DNA of 64,000 nt from Candidatus Omnitrophota bacterium. Lineage in GTDB: Bacteria; Omnitrophota; Gorgyraeia; Gygaellales; Profunditerraquicolaceae. The stretch spans positions 1 through 64,000 of the forward strand of contig JBEKSD010000002.1 in assembly GCA_049517335.1 (NCBI GenBank), given 5' to 3'. Each line of letters begins with the position of its first letter. Position 1 is the stretch's first letter. Both the position numbers and the translations under genes were made by a program. Positions 57,386 through 64,000 of the stretch are shown piece by piece. The notes under the pieces were generated by a model, which worked only from the letters and a program-made list of their open reading frames with translations, was not told the origin of the DNA and did no database searches.

Positions 57386-60127
57386 ATGACTGAAATCCCA
57401 AGCCGTTATAATCCCAAAACCTGCGAGGATAAGTGGTACGGGTTTTGGGAAACAAAAAAATATTTTAGCGCTAAGCCTCGAAGCCCCAAAAAACCTTTCA
57501 CAATAGTCATTCCTCCGCCCAATGTAACCGGAATTCTGCATATGGGCCATGCCTTGAATAATACTATTCAGGATATACTTATCCGTCATCACCGTATGAA
57601 AGGCGAAGAAACGCTCTGGATGCCGGGTACTGACCACGCCGGTATTGCTACTCAAAACGTAGTTGAGAAATCCATTGCCAAAGAAGGCCTAAAGAGGCAG
57701 GATTTAGGAAGAGAGAAATTTGTCGAGCGGGTCTGGCTTTGGAAAGAACAATACGGCTCAACTATTATAAAACAACTTAAGAAATTAGGCGCCTCATGCG
57801 ACTGGGACCGCCTGCGTTTTACTATGGATGAGGAATACTCCAAGTCCGTTATTGAAGCATTCGTTAAATTATATGAGAAAAAATTAATTTACCGCGGCAG
57901 CTATATAATCAACTGGTGCCCACGCTGCCAGACCGCGTTATCTGATGAGGAGGCTCCACACCATGAATTAAAGGGTAATCTTTATTATTTAAAGTATCCC
58001 TTAAAAGATAATCCCGATGAGTTTATTACCGTTGCTACAACCCGGCCCGAAACCATGTTAGGAGATACCGCCGTTGCGGTTAACCCCAAGGATAAACGAT
58101 ATAAAAAACTAATCGGCAAAAGCCTGATCTTGCCCTTGATTAACAGGGAAATAAAAATAATTGCCGATTCCCTCGTTGACATGAAATTCGGCACCGGCGC
58201 GGTTAAAGTAACACCTGCTCATGACCCCAATGATTACGCCCTTGGTAAAAAACATTCCTTGGAGTTTATAAATGTAATGCATCCTGACGGCCGCATGAAC
58301 GCAGAAGCTGGCGAATACCAGGATATGGACAGGTTTGAGGCGCGCGAAGTAATTTTGGAAGATTTAAAAGAAAAAGGGTACTTGGAAAAAATCGAACCGC
58401 ATACTTTATCGGCCGGGCATTGTTACCGCTGTCACACGATTATTGAGCCTTATTTGTCCCGGCAGTGGTTTGTGAAAATGCAGCCCCTGGCTAAGCCGGC
58501 GATTGAAGCGGTAAAAAAATGTAAAATCAAATTCCATCCCCAGCGCTGGACTAAAGTTTATCTTAACTGGATGGAGAACATACAAGACTGGTGCATATCG
58601 CGCCAGATATGGTGGGGCCATAGAATTCCGGCTTGGTACTGCGCACAATGTCATCCAAAAGTTAAGGTATTCTTGGATCCGAAAGGTGATAAGTTAGATT
58701 CAGATAAACCGATACCAAAAGCTCATTTTGAAACTGATAACTTGAGTAATCTTACTCCTGACATTGAACCAATTATTTCTAAAGATAAACCGGTATGTAA
58801 AAAATGTGGAGTTTCTGATTATATGATACAAGATCCAGATGTTTTGGATACCTGGTTTTCAAGCTGGCTTTGGCCCTTTGCGACTTTCTATTGGCCAAAA
58901 GAATCCGAAGACCTGAAATATTTTTATCCTACTTCGGCCCTTGTCACCGCTCCTGAGATAATCTTTTTCTGGGTCGCCCGGATGATTATGTCCGGTTTTG
59001 AATTTATGGACAGGGAGCCGTTCAGAGATGTTTATATCCACGGCACAGTGCGCGATATTGAAGGAAAAAAAATGTCCAAATCCTTAGGTAACATTATTGA
59101 CCCGCTGGAGATAATTGATGAATACGGGGCTGACGCCTTAAGGTTCAGCCTGATATCCATTACCGCCCAAGGGCAGGATGTATTCCTCTCAAAAGAAAGG
59201 TTTGAACAAGGGAGGAATTTTGCCAACAAGATCTGGAACGCATCAAGGTTCATCCTGATGAACCTTGATCAAAGTCAAGTTAGAGTAGACCTCTGCGAGT
59301 ACGCAAGAGCGGAAAACTTAAGCTTAATCAACGGCTGGATCTTAAGCCGCTATTATTCGACATTAGAAGAAGTCAACAAAAACCTTGAAAATTTCAAGTT
59401 CAATGAAGCGGCGAACCTGCTTTACGTCTTCTTCTGGCATGAGTTTTGCGACTGGTACCTTGAATTAATCAAGCCGGAAATCAAGTCGCATCAAAATCAG
59501 GTAGTAATGTATAAAGTTTTGGAGAAATTTTTAAGGATACTGCATCCGTTTATGCCTTTCATTACGGAAGAAATCTGGCAACAGCTTCCGCATGAAGGAG
59601 AATCAATCATGACACAGCCCTGGCCGCATATCCAGCAAAACCTAATTGATAAGAAGACTGATACCCGGACGTCCGCTTTATTTGAAGTCATAAATACGAT
59701 AAGGAACATGCGCCTTGAACTAGAAGTGGGATTAAACGAACCGATAGATGTTAAGGTATTCTCGGGATCAAAAGAGACGCTTAAATTACTTGATATAGCT
59801 CGAGGTTACATCAAAAATCTGGCAAAAACAGGAAGCTTGAGTTTCTTTGAACATTACGCGCGGGCTGAATCTGAATTTGTGGCTGTAGTAAAAGATATGC
59901 ATATCGCCATACCTTTGGCTGCTTCGGATATAGAGAAACAAAAAAACAAAATTGAAGAGAGGATACAAAAGACAAAAGCCGCGATAAATTCAAAAGAGAA
60001 GACATTGGCCAATGATAACTTCATAAAGAAGGCACCTGTAGAGATTGTCGCAGGGGAAAAAGAGAAATTAAAAAACCTGGGGGAAACCCTTAAAAAACTG
60101 GAGGCAGTGAAAAATGGACTCATGTAA
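57386..60127 (+). CDS. valS: Valyl-tRNA synthetase
   Basis: PPPNVTG.LHMGH, DHAGIATQ, DWCISRQ.WWGH, KMSKS, C-terminal coiled coil. Confidence 0.98.
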   Translation: MTEIPSRYNPKTCEDKWYGFWETKKYFSAKPRSPKKPFTIVIPPPNVTGILHMGHALNNTIQDILIRHHRMKGEETLWMPGTDHAGIATQNVVEKSIAKEGLKRQDLGREKFVERVWLWKEQYGSTIIKQLKKLGASCDWDRLRFTMDEEYSKSVIEAFVKLYEKKLIYRGSYIINWCPRCQTALSDEEAPHHELKGNLYYLKYPLKDNPDEFITVATTRPETMLGDTAVAVNPKDKRYKKLIGKSLILPLINREIKIIADSLVDMKFGTGAVKVTPAHDPNDYALGKKHSLEFINVMHPDGRMNAEAGEYQDMDRFEAREVILEDLKEKGYLEKIEPHTLSAGHCYRCHTIIEPYLSRQWFVKMQPLAKPAIEAVKKCKIKFHPQRWTKVYLNWMENIQDWCISRQIWWGHRIPAWYCAQCHPKVKVFLDPKGDKLDSDKPIPKAHFETDNLSNLTPDIEPIISKDKPVCKKCGVSDYMIQDPDVLDTWFSSWLWPFATFYWPKESEDLKYFYPTSALVTAPEIIFFWVARMIMSGFEFMDREPFRDVYIHGTVRDIEGKKMSKSLGNIIDPLEIIDEYGADALRFSLISITAQGQDVFLSKERFEQGRNFANKIWNASRFILMNLDQSQVRVDLCEYARAENLSLINGWILSRYYSTLEEVNKNLENFKFNEAANLLYVFFWHEFCDWYLELIKPEIKSHQNQVVMYKVLEKFLRILHPFMPFITEEIWQQLPHEGESIMTQPWPHIQQNLIDKKTDTRTSALFEVINTIRNMRLELEVGLNEPIDVKVFSGSKETLKLLDIARGYIKNLAKTGSLSFFEHYARAESEFVAVVKDMHIAIPLAASDIEKQKNKIEERIQKTKAAINSKEKTLANDNFIKKAPVEIVAGEKEKLKNLGETLKKLEAVKNGLM

Positions 60128-60995
60128 ATATTTTCTTTCCGAAGAAAAATTTGAGTTGGATCAAAAAAAATTAGAATCAATCGTGCGCCATGCCTTAGTT
60201 GAAGACATCGGTAAAGGCGATATCACAACCCAATTGACCATACCCAAAGATAAGAACATTAGGGCAGTGCTAATGGCGAAAGAAAATTTCATAGCCTGCG
60301 GACTTACGGTTGCGGAAAAAGTTTTTAAGACGGTAGATAGCAAGGTTAAATTCAAACCGCTTGCCAGCGAGGGGCAGAAGGTAAAGAATAAAAAGATTAT
60401 TGCGCGCATTTCCGGAAAAGCGGTAAGCATCTTGAGCGCTGAAAGGGTCGCGCTTAACTTGCTAAGCATGCTCTCCGGTATTGCGACTAAAACAAGGGAA
60501 TATGTCAAGTGCATTGAGCCTTATAAGACCAAGATTACCGATACACGCAAAACATTCCCCGGATTAAGAGACCTGCAGAAATACGCAGTGCGTATCGGTG
60601 GAGGGCACAGCCATAGGATGGGTCTGGATGAAATGATCCTGATTAAAGACAATCATATAAAGATTACGGAAGGTTATGAAAAACTTCCCAGCGTGCCGCC
60701 GGGGTTCAAGATTGAAGTTGAAGTCCAGAACTTGGAAGAATTCAAGCATGCAATAAGGTTTAAGCCGGATGTCATTATGCTTGACAACATGGGCCTTGAG
60801 GACATCGAAAAGGCGGTAAAAATCCGTAACGGTATACTTTTTAATTCCCATCACCCGCGCACGAAACTTGAAGCTTCAGGCGGGATAGATTTTAAAAACG
60901 TGCGTAAAATCGCATCTACCGGAGTAGATATAATTTCAATAGGCGCCCTTACGCATGACGTAAAATCCGCGGACATAAGCCTGGAAATTCCTTAA
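60114..60995 (+). CDS. nadC: Quinolinate phosphoribosyltransferase
   Basis: ED...GDITT, ER.ALN, DTRKT.PG, HR.GL, IKDNH, MLDN, EASGG. Confidence 0.96.
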   Translation: MDSCKYFLSEEKFELDQKKLESIVRHALVEDIGKGDITTQLTIPKDKNIRAVLMAKENFIACGLTVAEKVFKTVDSKVKFKPLASEGQKVKNKKIIARISGKAVSILSAERVALNLLSMLSGIATKTREYVKCIEPYKTKITDTRKTFPGLRDLQKYAVRIGGGHSHRMGLDEMILIKDNHIKITEGYEKLPSVPPGFKIEVEVQNLEEFKHAIRFKPDVIMLDNMGLEDIEKAVKIRNGILFNSHHPRTKLEASGGIDFKNVRKIASTGVDIISIGALTHDVKSADISLEIP

Positions 60996-60998
60996 ATT

Positions 60999-62972
60999 AT
61001 GCCTGCCTTCAAACTCGTTTCAAATTATAAGCCGTGCGGCGACCAGCCAAAGGCGATAAACGAGTTAACTTCTTGCCTGAAATCAGGAAAACAATACCAG
61101 ACTCTTTTGGGCGTTACCGGTTCAGGAAAAACCTTTACCTTAGCCAACGTAATTGAAAATTTAAATCTGCCAACGCTGGTCATATCCCATAATAAAACTT
61201 TAGCCGCTCAGCTTTACTCGGAATTCAGGGAATTCTTCCCTCATAATGCGGTTGAATATTTCGTCAGTTATTATGATTATTACCAGCCTGAAGCTTACGT
61301 GCCATCAACCGATACCTACATTGAGAAAGACGCCTCCATTAATGACCGGCTTGACCGTTTGCGCCTTTCGGCAACCACATCGCTAATGAGCAGAAAAGAT
61401 GTTATAATCGTGGCATCTGTTTCCTGTATATATAACCTCGGCTCACCAGATGACTACCGTGATATGCTCGTCTTCCTTAAAAAAGGAGAGGAATTTTCCC
61501 GCGATAAGCTGATTGTAAAACTTATCCAAATACAATATGAACGCAATGATTATGAATTTGTCAGAGGCAGGATACGCGTACGCGGAGACGTAGTGGAAGT
61601 TTTCCCGTCTTATGAAGAGACAGCAGTACGTATTGGACTCTCCGGAGAAATAATTGAAAACATACATGAATTTAATCCCGTTTCGGGAAATAAGATAGCC
61701 ACCCTTGAAAATATAGCAATTTATCCGGCAAAACATTTTATCGTATCAGGGGAAGGGATTGAAAGTGCACTTAAATCAATCAAGCTTGAATTAGAAGAAC
61801 AGCTTGAATTATTAAAATTAAAAAATAAGCTACTTGAGGCACAGCGACTTGAATCGCGCACAAATTACGACCTTGAGATGCTCAAAGAAATCGGATACTG
61901 CCATGGGATTGAAAATTACTCAAGGCATATCTCAGCCAGGCCTTCCGGATCAAGGCCGTTTTCATTAATAGATTATTTTCAGGGGAATTTTTTAACCATT
62001 ATTGACGAATCACACGTAACTATACCCCAGATAAGGGGTATGTATGAAGGCGACAAAGCAAGGAAAGAAATTTTAGTTGAGTACGGCTTCCGCCTGCCGT
62101 CCTGCCTTGATAACCGCCCGCTTAAATTCAATGAATTTGAAGAGTTAATCAAACAGGAAGTCTTTGTTTCCGCCACTCCCGATAAATACGAACTTAGCAA
62201 GTCGGAAGATAAAGTTATTGAACAGATAATCCGTCCTACGGGATTAGTGGACCCCGAAATAATCATAAAACCTACGGAAAACCAGATAGACGACTTAATT
62301 GAAGAAATAAAAAAACGCGCTAAAAGTGAGGAACGCGTTTTAGTTACTACATTAACCAAACGCATGGCTGAAGAAATAACTAATTATTTACAAGAAAAGG
62401 GATTAAAGGTAAAATACCTCCATTCTGAAATTGAGACTATCGAGCGGTCAAAGATATTGAGGGATTTAAGGAAAAAAGAATTTGACTGCCTTGTAGGCAT
62501 AAACCTTTTAAGAGAGGGACTGGATCTACCGGAAGTTTCCTTGGTCGCTATTTTAGACGCGGATAAAGAGGGCTTCCTGCGTTCTGCAACCAGTTTAATC
62601 CAGGTTTCCGGCCGGGCTGCGCGCAATATCAATGGGAAAGTCATAATGTACGCGGATGATATCACCGGTTCAATGAAAAAGGCCATTGACGAGAGCTCCC
62701 GCCGCAGGAAGATTCAGTTTGAATTTAACAAAAAAAATAATATTACGCCTCGCTCCATCCAGAAAGAAATAAAATACGGCATTGAAGATTTGGCAAGAGC
62801 GGAAGAGTTCGTTCAGGAATTGACGGGTGAAGCAAAAGACGAATACGAACTAAAAAAGTATATATCCGAACTTGAGTACGAAATGGAGTTATCCGCGCGC
62901 AACCTCCAGTTTGAGCAGGCTGCGCAGCTAAGGGATAAAATAAAGGAGTTAAAACAGGGAGGCTTAAGTTAA
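60999..62972 (+). CDS. uvrB: Excinuclease ABC subunit B
   Basis: [47 protein letters not shown] domain. Confidence 0.98.
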   Translation: MPAFKLVSNYKPCGDQPKAINELTSCLKSGKQYQTLLGVTGSGKTFTLANVIENLNLPTLVISHNKTLAAQLYSEFREFFPHNAVEYFVSYYDYYQPEAYVPSTDTYIEKDASINDRLDRLRLSATTSLMSRKDVIIVASVSCIYNLGSPDDYRDMLVFLKKGEEFSRDKLIVKLIQIQYERNDYEFVRGRIRVRGDVVEVFPSYEETAVRIGLSGEIIENIHEFNPVSGNKIATLENIAIYPAKHFIVSGEGIESALKSIKLELEEQLELLKLKNKLLEAQRLESRTNYDLEMLKEIGYCHGIENYSRHISARPSGSRPFSLIDYFQGNFLTIIDESHVTIPQIRGMYEGDKARKEILVEYGFRLPSCLDNRPLKFNEFEELIKQEVFVSATPDKYELSKSEDKVIEQIIRPTGLVDPEIIIKPTENQIDDLIEEIKKRAKSEERVLVTTLTKRMAEEITNYLQEKGLKVKYLHSEIETIERSKILRDLRKKEFDCLVGINLLREGLDLPEVSLVAILDADKEGFLRSATSLIQVSGRAARNINGKVIMYADDITGSMKKAIDESSRRRKIQFEFNKKNNITPRSIQKEIKYGIEDLARAEEFVQELTGEAKDEYELKKYISELEYEMELSARNLQFEQAAQLRDKIKELKQGGLS

Positions 62973-62974
62973 AG

Positions 62975-63712
62975 ATGCTGTTAGCGATAGACATAGGGAA
63001 TACAAATATAAGCTTTGGAATATTCGAATCCCGTAAAATCATAAAAAGATTCGATATTCCAACGAAAGCTTTTACTTCCGGAGCCTTAAAAAAACGTTTA
63101 AGTAATATAAAAATTAGGGATTGCCTTATTTCCAGCGTTGTTCCTCCGGTTACAAGAAAGGTCTATAACAGTATAAAGAATATCACCGGGCGCAAGGCGC
63201 ATATAATAGGTAAAGATATAAAGGTTCCAATTAAGAATTTATACCGCTCTCCCGCAGAGGTAGGGCAGGACCGTTTGGTGAATGCTTATGCAGGAGTAAG
63301 GCTTTATGGTGCCCCTTTAATCGTAGTTGATTTTGGGACTGCGGTTACTTTTGATGTAATATCAAAAAGGAAGGAATATCTCGGAGGGATGATCCTACCC
63401 GGCTTGCAGCTTTGCCTTGAAGCGCTGGCGCAAAAAACCGCTTTGTTACCTGAGGTTAAATTAAAAAAACCCGATGACTTTATCGCCAGAGACACAAAAA
63501 ACAGCATGCTAAGTGGGATAGTTTACGGTTATGCAGCGTTAAGCAAAAGTTTAATAAAGAGAATAAAAAAAGAGATGGGCAGTAGAACAAAGGTAATAGG
63601 TACGGGAGGGAATGTAAAGATAATTTCGCAATTTTGTGCTAATATAGGCAAAATTGACCCCTATCTTACTTTAAAAGGAATTAACCTGATCTATCACGGA
63701 GAGTATTTATGA
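62975..63712 (+). CDS. coaX: Type III pantothenate kinase
   Basis: LAIDIGNT, SSVVP, G.DR, VDFGTA.T.D, GG.I.PG, TGG. Confidence 0.95.
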   Translation: MLLAIDIGNTNISFGIFESRKIIKRFDIPTKAFTSGALKKRLSNIKIRDCLISSVVPPVTRKVYNSIKNITGRKAHIIGKDIKVPIKNLYRSPAEVGQDRLVNAYAGVRLYGAPLIVVDFGTAVTFDVISKRKEYLGGMILPGLQLCLEALAQKTALLPEVKLKKPDDFIARDTKNSMLSGIVYGYAALSKSLIKRIKKEMGSRTKVIGTGGNVKIISQFCANIGKIDPYLTLKGINLIYHGEYL

Positions 63713-64000
63713 TAAAGGCAAAAAAAGAAGCTTTCACCGTCCTTGAAATGCTGGTTGTAGTGGGGGTTATTGCAATAGTCTCCGCCATAATCATCCCCAA
63801 TCTGTTTATGGCAAGAATGACGGCGAATGAGGCGGCGGCAAAGAGTAACCTGCGCAGCATAGCGGCAGCTGCTGAAACCCTATATGCTTCCAAAAACCAT
63901 TATCCCGATGATTTGACGGAATTTGAAAACTTCCTCCAGTCGGCAAGAACCTTCTGTGCTGATTTAAACGGCACAAAAAGCGAGTATAAAGGTTATGATT
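63709..64000 (+). CDS. Type IV pilin-like protein (partial, runs off window)
   Basis: Translated by hand: MIKAKKEA/FTVLEMLVVVGVIAIVSAIIIPNL..AR..ANE.AA..NLR. Prepilin N-methylation motif with E5. Confidence 0.85.
   Translation, partial: MIKAKKEAFTVLEMLVVVGVIAIVSAIIIPNLFMARMTANEAAAKSNLRSIAAAAETLYASKNHYPDDLTEFENFLQSARTFCADLNGTKSEYKGYD

Noticed and set aside
58640-58850. Intein or intron in valS
   Set aside because: Too short, and lacks C/S1 and HN-C/S/T splice motifs or intron structure.
1344-63893. Numerous short antisense or alternate-frame ORFs in the ORF track
   Set aside because: They overlap well-supported genes and lack RBS or recognisable motifs, as expected for shadow ORFs.

Overview
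A gene-dense, roughly 40% GC (estimated by eye) bacterial chromosome segment, almost all on the + strand and dominated by housekeeping genes. The order is nif3 (partial), dnaG, rpoD, a PAS/GGDEF/HD-GYP protein, tRNA-Ile2/Val, Zn-ribbon protein, rnhA, rnpB, yebC-ruvCA-scpB, an aromatic amino-acid operon, cmk-lepAB-pgsA-plsY, a TPR/beta-barrel candidate converging on a GH161-like glucan phosphorylase, gatCAB, ctpA, tsaD, mgtC, a bactofilin-HTH gene pair, larB-fmdE, the Wood-Ljungdahl genes acsC-acsV-cooC-acsD-acsE, tilS-ftsH-folP-cdaA, pdxJ-acpS-nnrD, tRNAs, thyA, two PilZ proteins, Thr/Ile biosynthesis genes, valS, nadC, uvrB, coaX and a partial type IV pilin. The gene content suggests an anaerobic diderm, plausibly Candidatus Omnitrophota (inference). 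I saw no transposase, prophage or CRISPR array. The most notable signals are: (1) an unannotated 12-aa gene, MCKTCGCRKKPK, with its own promoter, SD and terminator-like hairpin, matching the HypB N-terminal nickel-binding motif and lying near the acs cluster; (2) a bactofilin fused to an Xis/BldC-like HTH next to a membrane-anchored HTH partner; (3) two adjacent tRNAs with C55 plus an apparent ACG start codon on the same transcript; (4) a TM-only mini-CdaR; (5) an in-frame TAA in dnaG; and (6) a REP-like hairpin family and heptamer repeats.
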